This document shows positions 21,601-28,943 of a stretch of DNA of 64,000 nucleotides, piece by piece; position 1 is the first letter of the stretch; every line of letters starts with the position of its first letter. A program made the position numbers and the translations under genes. The stretch is from Candidatus Latescibacterota bacterium (GTDB taxonomy: Bacteria > Latescibacterota > UBA2968 > UBA8231): assembly GCA_965261395.1 (NCBI GenBank), contig OZ253462.1:1952001-2016000 (forward strand), read 5' to 3'. The notes under the pieces are model-generated. The model was not told where the DNA came from. It searched no databases and saw only the letters and a program-made list of their open reading frames with translations.

Positions 21601-21949
21601 GCGCTTCGGTGCCGAGGTACAGGATGTTTCGCGGCCCGAGCTAGCGCGGCGCGCCGGGCTAACCGACTGGCCAGGCTTTGATCTGCTTTCCCGCCACGCC
21701 GGAGAAGAACGACGCGCCATAGAAGTCAAGGGACGGGCCGGTACCGGCGGCATTGAAATGAGTGATAATGAATGGGCCAAGGCTTGCAATCTCCGCGACG
21801 AATACTGGCTCTACGTCGTCTTTGACTGCGCCACGCCTCACCCGCGTTTGGTGCGGGTGCGCGATCCATTTGCCAAGCTGCTCGTCAGGAGCCGCGAGTC
21901 TATCGCCTATATTATCAACCCAAGGGCTGTTATAGAGGCAGCCGAGTGA
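18605..21949 (+). CDS. SNF2-family helicase with C-terminal DUF3883-like PD-(D/E)XK nuclease
   Basis: PLPHQ, LADDAGAGKT, DEAH, TATPH, GEGINLQ and QRMGRIHRYGQ motifs. C-terminal GFDLLS...IEVKG. Confidence 0.9.
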   Translation: MSSVMLADLPMDFAADPDAVSAVAEAHRLAYGHLFNSAFAAETSLIDPLPHQRIAVYEQMLQQAPLRFLLADDAGAGKTIMTGLYVREMLSRRLIRRVLIVPPAGLVGNWEREMRTLFRLSFRIVSGEDARTGNPFLGPESDQVIVSIDTLAGERMFGHLKDSQTDAYDLVVFDEAHKLSADRLPDFRVRKTDRYKLAEALAGAEVEDERWELPWSVQHLLLLTATPHMGKDYPYYFLWRLLLPDALSTYDAFDTFPRDSRQRHFIRRTKEEMVRFDGAPLYPQRNCATLSYDLSQGPESEQELYDETTEYIGYYYNRAGVLNQSAARLAMSVFQRRLASSTYALLRSFERRQEKLAGLIDDIRNGRLTEEQLVRQQRSLDKLDDIFETRTADEDAASEDGGEQHEEFEGKALSGTVAVNLSELEVERRQVEALLNKTRSLFDTGEESKFEKLREVLRDPQYLDEKLIIFTEHRDTAEFLVRRLEGLGFTGQVALIHGGLPYQERERQVEFFRQSAAEGGANYLVATDAAGEGINLQFCWLMVNYDIPWNPARLEQRMGRIHRYGQKHDPVVIVNLVAGGTREGRVLKTLLDKLEAIRRQLQSDKVFDVVGRLFEGLSMRDYLEQAVTGDADSIAERLEGDLTEQQVQALAERERVLFGEGGEVRRRLAQLNDEAEQENYRRLLPGYVRRFVERAAPLLDLRIEGDLGATFALVPGRPRAADALLPALEVYPEEARERLTVYKPTDHESAVWMHPGEPVFDALSAAILSRFGRDGLKGAVFTDPYATEAYLFHIALISVEQHSQGNAGPTAPQPLESRLIGLRQSSNGTIEECPVEHLLLLRGAHGFAPSRVPLATLARDMVADTAQFIREDVNERVVQAHRQRRLDDLPARLKFVNRGFDFQAAELAAARSRLSKMARDGNRHAQGELSKVKERQRSLTASRNHRLDDLRAEPDLIQAGEIEFLVHALVVPAQDSEETERYDADVEAIAVEVATDYEKRFGAEVQDVSRPELARRAGLTDWPGFDLLSRHAGEERRAIEVKGRAGTGGIEMSDNEWAKACNLRDEYWLYVVFDCATPHPRLVRVRDPFAKLLVRSRESIAYIINPRAVIEAAE

Positions 21950-22060
21950 CGCAGACGCGATTGCATGAATCAAACCCATAGGGAAAATTCTGAGGTAAGC
22001 GGTCTTGGCGGCACAGGTTGGCCGACAGCCGGCAGGACCCTCACCAGCGAGGAGTCACCC

Positions 22061-23662
22061 ATGATGACGACAACCATGCGTTTCTTCAACACCGCCGGTC
22101 CCATCAAGGCGGAAATGCACTACCACATATCGCCTCTAGCGCGGCTCGACTGCGACGACTTCCTACAGCTCATCCGGCAGGAAAAGTACTTCGTCCTGCA
22201 CGCGCCGCGCCAGACCGGCAAGACCTCCGCGCTCCTAGCGCTGCGCGATGAACTGAACGCCAGCGGCGAGTTTCGCTGTGTGTACGTCAACGTCGAGGTC
22301 GGCCAGACGGCGCGGGAGGATGTGGCCGCGGCTATGCGGGCGATACTCAGCGCATTGGCTCGTGCGGCGCGCCACGCGCTCGATGACTTGTTTGTCACCG
22401 ACATTTGGCGCGGCATTCTCGACGACGCTGGCCCCAACGACGCGCTGGGGGAGACCCTTGCCTGCTGGGCGGCCGCGGATCCAAAGCCGCTGGTACTGAT
22501 GATCGACGAGGTTGACGCCCTGATCGGCGACACCCTGCTAGCCGTGCTGCGGCAATTGCGCGCTGGCCACCCAGAGCGCCCGCGCCGGTTTCCCCAGAGC
22601 GTGATTCTGTGCGGGGTGCGCGACGTGCGCGACTACCGCATCCGCTCTACCGCCGAAAACGCAATCATCGCCGGGGGCAGCGCGTTCAACATCCGCGCCG
22701 AGTCCCTGCGCCTCGGGGACTTCTCGCGCGCCGAGGTTGAGTCCCTGTTGGCGCAGCACACCGAGGAGACCGGCCAAGCGTTCACCGAGGAGGCACGACG
22801 CGACATCTGGGAGCTAACCCAAGGCCAACCGTGGCTCGTGAACGCCCTCGCCTACGAAGCCTGCTGGGGCAACAAGGCCGGGCGTGACCGCAGCCGGTCG
22901 ATCACCGCCGACGCCATCCAGGACGCCCGCGAGCAGTTGATCCTGCGCCGCGAGACGCATCTGGATCAGCTCACCGACAAGCTGCAAGAAGAGCGGGTGC
23001 GGCGGGTGGTCGAGCCGCTGCTGAAAGGAGCCGATGATGCCGGCTCGTTTGCTGCCGCCGATCTGCAGTACGTGCGCGATCTCGGACTCGTGCGTACCGA
23101 CGATCCCATTGCCATCGCCAACCCGATCTACCGCGAGGTGATCCCGCGCGACCTCACCTACACCACCCAAGCAGGCTTTCACCACGACCCGGCTTGGTAC
23201 GTCGATGCAGACGGCACCCTGCAGGTGGGCAAGCTCCTAGCCGCGTTCCAAGAGTTTTTCCGCGAGCATTCCGAGCACTGGATGGAGCGGTTCCAGTACA
23301 AGGAGGCGGGGCCGCAGTTGCTACTCCAAGCGTTTTTACAGCGCATCGTGAACAGCGGCGGCCGGATCGAGCGGGAGTATGGCTTGGGTCGGATGCGCAC
23401 AGACTTGCTGCTGATATGGCCAGTGGGCGGGGATCGCGGCAAGACGCAGAAGGTCGTCATTGAGTGCAAGGTGCTGCGTCGAGGGCTGGAGCGGACGCTG
23501 CGCGAAGGGCTGGAGCAGACGCGCGCCTACATGGATCGCTGCGCGACGGCGGAAGGACACCTCGTGCTCTTTGACCGCAGCGAGGGCAAGTCGTGGGACG
23601 ACAAGGTGTATCGCCGCGAGGAAACTGAAGGCGGCGCACCGGTCGAGGTGTGGGGAATGTGA
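22061..23662 (+). CDS. AAA-like P-loop ATPase with C-terminal PD-(D/E)XK-like domain (copy 1)
   Basis: MRFFNTAGP, APRQTGKT (Walker A), MIDEVD (Walker B) and RTDLLL...IECK. GGAG RBS before 22061. Confidence 0.85.
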   Translation: MMTTTMRFFNTAGPIKAEMHYHISPLARLDCDDFLQLIRQEKYFVLHAPRQTGKTSALLALRDELNASGEFRCVYVNVEVGQTAREDVAAAMRAILSALARAARHALDDLFVTDIWRGILDDAGPNDALGETLACWAAADPKPLVLMIDEVDALIGDTLLAVLRQLRAGHPERPRRFPQSVILCGVRDVRDYRIRSTAENAIIAGGSAFNIRAESLRLGDFSRAEVESLLAQHTEETGQAFTEEARRDIWELTQGQPWLVNALAYEACWGNKAGRDRSRSITADAIQDAREQLILRRETHLDQLTDKLQEERVRRVVEPLLKGADDAGSFAAADLQYVRDLGLVRTDDPIAIANPIYREVIPRDLTYTTQAGFHHDPAWYVDADGTLQVGKLLAAFQEFFREHSEHWMERFQYKEAGPQLLLQAFLQRIVNSGGRIEREYGLGRMRTDLLLIWPVGGDRGKTQKVVIECKVLRRGLERTLREGLEQTRAYMDRCATAEGHLVLFDRSEGKSWDDKVYRREETEGGAPVEVWGM

Positions 23663-23684
23663 GCGGATGACGGCTTCTAAAAGG

Positions 23685-23870
23685 ATGGCTATCGCCCGCG
23701 TCCGGCAGAGGATAGTAGAGGGTGGGCACGATGTGCCGGAGCCTGTGGTTCGTCGTCGGTTTTTAGCGGGCTAGCGCAATTTTGAATCAATCTATCGAGA
23801 GCTTGTAGATGAGTGGGCTGTTTACGATAATTCGGGTAATTTGAAAATCTTGAGGATATGGCCATTCTAG
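23685..23870 (+). pseudogene. C-terminal remnant of a zeta-toxin-like P-loop protein
   Basis: MAIARVRQRIVEGGHDVPEPVVRRRFLAG*RNFESIYRELVDEWAVYDNSG. Internal TAG at 23772 and no Walker A. Confidence 0.72.
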
Positions 23871-23883
23871 ACGGAGGAGCAAT

Positions 23884-24108
23884 ATGAAGACGATTGGAGT
23901 CGCAAAATTCAAGGAGCAGTGCTTGGCCTTGCTCGACCAGCTCGATGACGATGGGTTGGTCATCACCAAGCACGGTAAGCCAATAGCCCGAGTCGTCCCC
24001 TGCGATCAGCAAGACGCCGACCTGATCGGCAGCCTACGACACAAGATCAAAATCCGGGGTGACATCCTCACGACCGGCGTCCGCTGGGATGCAGATGCTC
24101 AATCTTGA
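23884..24108 (+). CDS. Phd/YefM family antitoxin
   Basis: KFKEQCLALLD...VITKHGKPIARVVP. GGAG RBS. Confidence 0.88.
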   Translation: MKTIGVAKFKEQCLALLDQLDDDGLVITKHGKPIARVVPCDQQDADLIGSLRHKIKIRGDILTTGVRWDADAQS

Positions 24109-24196
24109 CACACATATTCTCATCTTCGCGAATGTTCCGTTGCTCACGCGAGACCAAATCATACGGCGTTCGCAGGTTGTTCCGCTAGCCTCGTAG
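24095..24196 (+). pseudogene. VapC/PIN toxin with central deletion
   Basis: 33-aa ORF overlapping the antitoxin end: MLNLDTHILIFA joined directly to NVPLLTRDQIIRRS, i.e. the two termini of a VapC. Confidence 0.75.
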
Positions 24197-24244
24197 AGCA
24201 AATACCCTAGAAATGGTGAGACATAGGTGCTCAATGTCAAATCA

Positions 24245-24385
24245 CGTTGCTCGGGGTAACGGCGCTGGAGTCCCTCGGTATCGAAGTTGACCCGCTCAAC
24301 CAGCGACTGAAGAAGCTGCCGGCTGTGCGGCTCAAGAGCCTGCGGACGAGATCGAGAAAGGAGAAGCAGCATGGGAGTACGACAG
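24245..24385 (+). repeat. Protease-3'-end/partner-5' junction repeat, copy A (orphan)
   Basis: CGTTGCTCGGGGTAACGGCGCTGGAGTCCCTCGGTATCGAAG...GTGCGGCTCAAGAGCCTGCGG, similar to 26291, 27183 and 27901. No upstream protease body. Confidence 0.9.
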
Positions 24386-24669
24386 CCGCGTTATAGCAAA
24401 GAGGAGTTCGCCCGGCGCGGTCAGGCGCTCTACGAGCAACGAGTGAGGCCGCAGGTGGAAGAAGGCAATAGCGGTAGGATCGTGGCGATTGATATTGAGA
24501 CGGGCGAGTTCGAGGTAGCGGACGACCCACTTGCCGCATCTGACCAACTTTTTGCGCGTTGTCCAGATGCGCAGCCGTGTTAGTGCGTATCGGGCACCGG
24601 GCGCTACATTGGTTCGGGCAGTCGCATGCTAGTGCACGATATAAGGCAATGGAGACGCCAACATGCTGA
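24371..24669 (+). pseudogene. Small protease-partner protein (DUF5678-like), apparent frameshift near 24580
   Basis: EEFARRGQALYEQ...IVAIDIETGEFEV, homologous to 26423..26701. Stops at 24583, but VRIGHRA continues in another frame, matching VRVGHRA in the paralog. Confidence 0.65.
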
Positions 24670-25973
24670 AGCGCATACATATCCGAGGATACAAGTCTCT
24701 TGAAGACGTCGAAGTGTGTCTTACCCAGCTTGTGGTTCTGTTCGGACCGAATGCCGCTGGTAAGAGCAATTTGCTCGATGCTTTGCAACTGCTGTCGAAG
24801 CTGGGGACGAGCCGGACGCTCAAAGAGGCTTTTGATCCACCCTATCGCGGCAAGCCACTCGAATCCTTTACCATCGGGCAAAAAGGCATCAAGGGGCTGC
24901 TCGAACAGGAGCGGCTGTCGTTCTCGATTGAAGCCGACCTGAGCTTGTCGGATGCGGTCGTTGAGACCGTCAATCGCCAGATACTAGAAATGCGTCGTCC
25001 GCACGGCGAGGGCGAGTCTAAAGAGAGAAGCAAGCTCCCCGCCCGTGTCCGCGAACGCGACTTGCGCTACCGCATCGAGGTGGAGATGCTGCCCAGATCG
25101 GGTCTCCTGCGCGTGGCGGACGAATACCTAGCCGCCCTCAACAGCAAGGGCGAGCCCACGGGTAAACGCAAGCCCTTTCTCGAACGGCAAGACGAAAGAA
25201 TCCACCTGCGGCACGAAGGACAGGCGCACCCCACCTGTTATGACCGTTATCTGGATCACAGCATCCTCTCTATGCCGCATTATCCGCCGCACTATCCCCA
25301 CTTGGCGGCGGCGCGGCGCGAACTGGAGAGCTGGCTGTTCTTCTACTTTGAGCCACGCGAACGCATGCGCGCCGCCAATCCAGTAAAAGAAGTGCGCCAT
25401 ATCGGCTTGATGGGTGAAGAACTCGCCGCCTTCCTCAACACCATGAAGTCAACCGATGAAAGACAGTTCAGGGGAGTCGAGAAGGCGTTACATGCGCTGA
25501 TGCCGAACATCGACGGCATTGAGGTGGAGGTGAGCGATCTCGGCGAGGTCGAGCTTCGCCTCAAGGAAGGCGGTGTTGCGATACCGGCCCGCGTACTCTC
25601 CGAAGGTACGCTGCGGATGCTCGGACTGCTAGCTTTGACCGGCGTTGACGACGCCCCGGCATTGGTCGGGTTCGAGGAACCAGAAAACGGCGTCCACCCG
25701 CGCCGCATCCAGTTGATCGCGGAATTGCTGAAAACACAGGAGACCCTGCAACAGACTCAGTACATCGTCACCACGCACTCGCCGATCCTGCCCGATCTGC
25801 TCGCGGACAGCTCCCTGTTTGTGACGAACCGGATCGACCGCAAGACACGAATTGAGCCGTTTTCTACTTGGGGACCATTGGGACGGCGCGATGATTTTAG
25901 CCAAGTGCTCTCCGACGAGGAGGACGGACTTCCAGTTTCAACACGTATCTTGAGAGGGGACTTCGATGCGTGA
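24663..25973 (+). CDS. ABC-type (AAA_21-like) ATPase, defence-associated
   Basis: GYKS, GPNAAGKS, LSEGT, FEEPENGVHP and VTTHS motifs. Confidence 0.88.
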   Translation: MLKRIHIRGYKSLEDVEVCLTQLVVLFGPNAAGKSNLLDALQLLSKLGTSRTLKEAFDPPYRGKPLESFTIGQKGIKGLLEQERLSFSIEADLSLSDAVVETVNRQILEMRRPHGEGESKERSKLPARVRERDLRYRIEVEMLPRSGLLRVADEYLAALNSKGEPTGKRKPFLERQDERIHLRHEGQAHPTCYDRYLDHSILSMPHYPPHYPHLAAARRELESWLFFYFEPRERMRAANPVKEVRHIGLMGEELAAFLNTMKSTDERQFRGVEKALHALMPNIDGIEVEVSDLGEVELRLKEGGVAIPARVLSEGTLRMLGLLALTGVDDAPALVGFEEPENGVHPRRIQLIAELLKTQETLQQTQYIVTTHSPILPDLLADSSLFVTNRIDRKTRIEPFSTWGPLGRRDDFSQVLSDEEDGLPVSTRILRGDFDA

Positions 25974-26016
25974 TTCGCCGCTTGAGGCGGCGGAGCAAAC
26001 TGAAAGTGAAAGGAGA

Positions 26017-26487
26017 ATGAAAATGGGTGCAGTAAACGCCAACGTAGTCATCAGCAACCCAGCTAATCGAGCCAAAAGCTGGGAAGAGGTTTTTCTGGTT
26101 GATACAGGCGCGACCGACAGCCTCGTCCCGCGACAACACCTGGAGGCCATCGGCCTCAAACCCGAAGCACCGCGGACGTACCTATTGGCCGATGGCAGTG
26201 AAGTCCAGATGGACATTGCGGTTGCGCGAATCGAACTCATGGGGGAAATCGTGGGAGGCACGGTTCTTTTTGGAGACGCAGACACCGAGCCGTTGCTCGG
26301 GATAACGGCCCTGGAGTCCCTCGGTATAGAAATTGATCCGCTCAACCAGCGACTGAAAAAGCTGCCGGCTGTGCGGCTCAAGGATCTGCGGAGGAAAGCG
26401 AGATTGGAGAAAGGAGAACAGCATGGGCACAGATCGCACTTACGGCCCCGGGGAGATAGCAGCCCAGGGGGAAGCCATTTATCGTGA
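26017..26487 (+). CDS. Clan AA (retropepsin-like) aspartic protease
   Basis: FLVDTGATDS, LADGS and EPLLGITALE motifs. AGGAG RBS before ATG 26017 (track start 25966). Confidence 0.85.
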   Translation: MKMGAVNANVVISNPANRAKSWEEVFLVDTGATDSLVPRQHLEAIGLKPEAPRTYLLADGSEVQMDIAVARIELMGEIVGGTVLFGDADTEPLLGITALESLGIEIDPLNQRLKKLPAVRLKDLRRKARLEKGEQHGHRSHLRPRGDSSPGGSHLS

Positions 26488-26701
26488 ACAGATCCAGTCT
26501 AAAGTTGAGCCAACGGAGAAAGGGAAATTCGTAGTCATTGATGTTGAGACCGGAGACTATGAGATCGACGCAGGGGACGCGGTGGCTACGCGGCGGCTTT
26601 TGGAGCGGAGGCCGTCGGCCGTTACATACGGAGTGCGCGTCGGCCATCGCGCAGCATACAGCCACGTCGGTGGCTTCCGGAATCCCAAGCACGATGATTA
26701 A
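26423..26701 (+). CDS. Small protease-partner protein (DUF5678-like)
   Basis: GEAIYREQI...GKFVVIDVETGDYEI...VRVGHRA. AAGGAG RBS. Stop overlaps the next protease start. Confidence 0.75.
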   Translation: MGTDRTYGPGEIAAQGEAIYREQIQSKVEPTEKGKFVVIDVETGDYEIDAGDAVATRRLLERRPSAVTYGVRVGHRAAYSHVGGFRNPKHDD

Positions 26702-27074
26702 GGGAAAGATTAGCGAGAATCAACAGGCGTTGCTTCCTATAGACATTATAGACGGTGAAGGCCGCCCGAGGTCATTGGAGGTTATCCTAGACACCGGGTT
26801 TACTGGGTATTTGACACTGCCTCCGGAATCCATCCGTCAATTGGGACTGACCTCCATTGGTCAACGGACCTTTGAGCTAGCTAATGGGGAACTCTTTGAG
26901 TTTGCGGCCTACCTCGCCATGGTGTCCTGGCATGGACGCCTCCGTGATGTGCTGGTGCTGCAGTCGGACAGTGTTCCGTTGCTGGGCATGACTCTGCTCT
27001 GGGGTAGTCGAGTTACTGTGGATGCGTTGGACGACGGAGAGGTTATCATTGAAGAGCTTCCACCAGCCCAGTGA
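26694..27074 (+). CDS. Clan AA aspartic protease (AF_0612-like)
   Basis: MIKGKI...VILDTGFTGYLTLP...LANG...PLLGMTLL. Confidence 0.85.
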   Translation: MIKGKISENQQALLPIDIIDGEGRPRSLEVILDTGFTGYLTLPPESIRQLGLTSIGQRTFELANGELFEFAAYLAMVSWHGRLRDVLVLQSDSVPLLGMTLLWGSRVTVDALDDGEVIIEELPPAQ

Positions 27075-27110
27075 CGGGAAGTCGAAGGCCCATGCGCCGC
27101 GGGCGACGTT

Positions 27111-27348
27111 CGGTTGCGCGAATCGAACTCAGGGGGGAAATCGTGGGAGGCACGGTTCTTTTCGGGGACGCAGACACCGAGCCGTTGCTCGGGGTAACGG
27201 CTCGGGAGTCCCTCGGTATCGAAGTCGATCCACTCAACCAGCGACTGGAGAAGCTGCCGGCCGTGCGGCTCAAGAGCTTGCGGAGGAAAACGAGATAGGA
27301 TCAAGGATAACAACATGGGCACAGATCGCACTTACGGCCCCAGGGAGA
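27111..27348 (+). repeat. Diverged direct duplication of ~26219-26456 (protease 3' half plus partner gene start), containing junction copy C
   Basis: CGGTTGCGCGAATCGAACTC...ATGGGCACAGATCGCACTTACGGCCCC occurs at both sites. This copy lacks the DTG motif. Confidence 0.9.
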
Positions 27349-27349
27349 A

Positions 27350-27520
27350 ATGTCGAGCAAGACTACCGAGCAACGTGACACCATTATGAAGTATTCAGAC
27401 GCTTTCGCCCGTATAGACGAGGAAGAAGAGAGAGAGGAGATAGAAAGCGCTTACTCTGCACTAATTGAGGATGTCCGTCGAGAGGTCGAGAGTCTTGAGG
27501 CGAATGAGCCGAAGAGATAG
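27350..27520 (+). CDS. Short acidic hypothetical ORF or gene remnant (56 aa)
   Basis: Manual translation MSSKTTEQRDTIMKYSDAFARIDEEEEREEIESAYSALIEDVRREVESLEANEPKR. No recognisable motif. Confidence 0.3.
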   Translation: MSSKTTEQRDTIMKYSDAFARIDEEEEREEIESAYSALIEDVRREVESLEANEPKR

Positions 27521-27560
27521 GCGAACCCGCCTAACATTCGGGATCGAGTATGCGGATGTA

Positions 27561-27622
27561 GCGAGTCTATCGCCGACACCATCACCCCAAGAGCTTTTAT
27601 AGAAGCAGCCGAGTAACGCAGA
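27561..27622 (+). repeat. Second copy of the SNF2 helicase 3' end (21894-21955)
   Basis: 62 bp with 9 mismatches by manual alignment. Encodes ESIADTITPRAFIEAAE* versus ESIAYIINPRAVIEAAE*, and both are followed by CGCAGA. Confidence 0.9.
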
Positions 27623-27626
27623 GGAA

Positions 27627-27959
27627 ATGAAAATGGGAGTCCCGCACGTCATGGGCACCATTCGCAATCCCGTCGAACCGGACAGAACCTGGGAAGGGCT
27701 ATTTCTGGTCGATACGGGAGCGACCGATTGCCTAGTACCGCGACCCTGCCTGGAGGCTATAGGTCTCGTCCCCAAAGGGCAACGGGTGTACGAACTGGCA
27801 GACGGGCGCGAGATCAGGATGGACATCACGACCGCCGATATCGAGTTCATGGGGGAGATCGTCGGCGGAACGATTGTATTTGGCAAGGCGAATGCCGAAC
27901 CGCTACTCGGGGTGACGGTCCTGGAATCGGTGGGAATTGAAGTCGATCCGAGTAGCTAG
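27627..27959 (+). CDS. Clan AA aspartic protease, C-terminus shortened by a TAG (junction copy D runs on to ~28025)
   Basis: FLVDTGATDC and EPLLGVTVLE motifs. After the TAG the frame continues TLKRLPSVRLK, as in the paralog (QRLKKLPAVRLK). Confidence 0.8.
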   Translation: MKMGVPHVMGTIRNPVEPDRTWEGLFLVDTGATDCLVPRPCLEAIGLVPKGQRVYELADGREIRMDITTADIEFMGEIVGGTIVFGKANAEPLLGVTVLESVGIEVDPSS

Positions 27960-28943
27960 ACCCTGAAAAGGCTTCCCTCAGTGCGCCTCAAGAGCCTGCG
28001 GGCGAGATCGAGATGGAGTACGACACGCTTACCGTCTCTGACCACAAAACCGAGTCTGACGACTCCAAGATAATCTGCTTAGAAAGTACGAGGGCTATGA
28101 CGGATAGAAATTGGGAGAATGAGTTCAGCCAGTGGGCAAGACCACCTGGCAAAACCGAGGATGAGCGTTGTGAGAATGCGATCAAAGCTATTCGCAATGC
28201 GATTGCCAAAAGCGACAAGTTGAAAAACCGGAGCCTTATGGTCTTCCCGCATGGCTCGTATCGTAACCGCGTCAATGTCCGACAAGACAGCGACGTCGAC
28301 GTGGGGGTTCTTTGCTACGAGTCTTTTTTTTATCACCTCCCCGAAGGGACCACCAACGAGACTTTTGGCTTTTCTGTCCCAGCAGAGTACGGCTACACTC
28401 AGTTTAAAAATGAACTTGTGGAAGCCTTGGCTGAGCACTTCGGATCTGGAGCGGTCCGTCGTGGGAACAAAGCCATCGACGTGCGAGAGAACACATATCA
28501 CGTGGAAGCTGATGTTGCGCCGTTCTTTGAATATCGGCACTACTCAGAAAACAGAAATTATCTATGCGGAGTGGCCTTAAGTCCTGACAACGGCGAGATG
28601 ATCTACAATTACCCCGAGCGAATACTCGATAGCTGGCCGCATATACCACTGCACTACGAGAATGGGGTCTCCAAAAACAAAACAACCCATCGTTCCTACA
28701 AGGGAGTCGTGCGTATTCTTAAGAAAATACGCAACGAAATGGACGATGCTTTCATTGCTGCGGCTAAGCCGATTCCAGGATTTCTGATCGAGTGCATGGC
28801 TTGGAACGCACCGACCGCGTGTTTCAAAGGAGATACGTGGGACGGCAAAGTACAAGCTGTGCTTCTACACCTTTGGTCGAGCACCAAAGACGACGCGAGT
28901 TGTAAGGACTGGAAGGAGGTCAACGACATCAAGTTTCTCTTTA

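Noticed and set aside
24245-28025. Repeats considered as a CRISPR array or a DGR template/variable pair
   Set aside because: Units are over 100 bp, coding-derived and irregularly spaced. There are no cas or reverse transcriptase genes, and mismatches are not adenine-specific.
28013-28096. N-terminal extension of the CBASS cyclase in the ORF track
   Set aside because: The ATG at 28013 derives from the junction-repeat remnant of the partner-gene start. The family-like sequence begins at ATG 28097.
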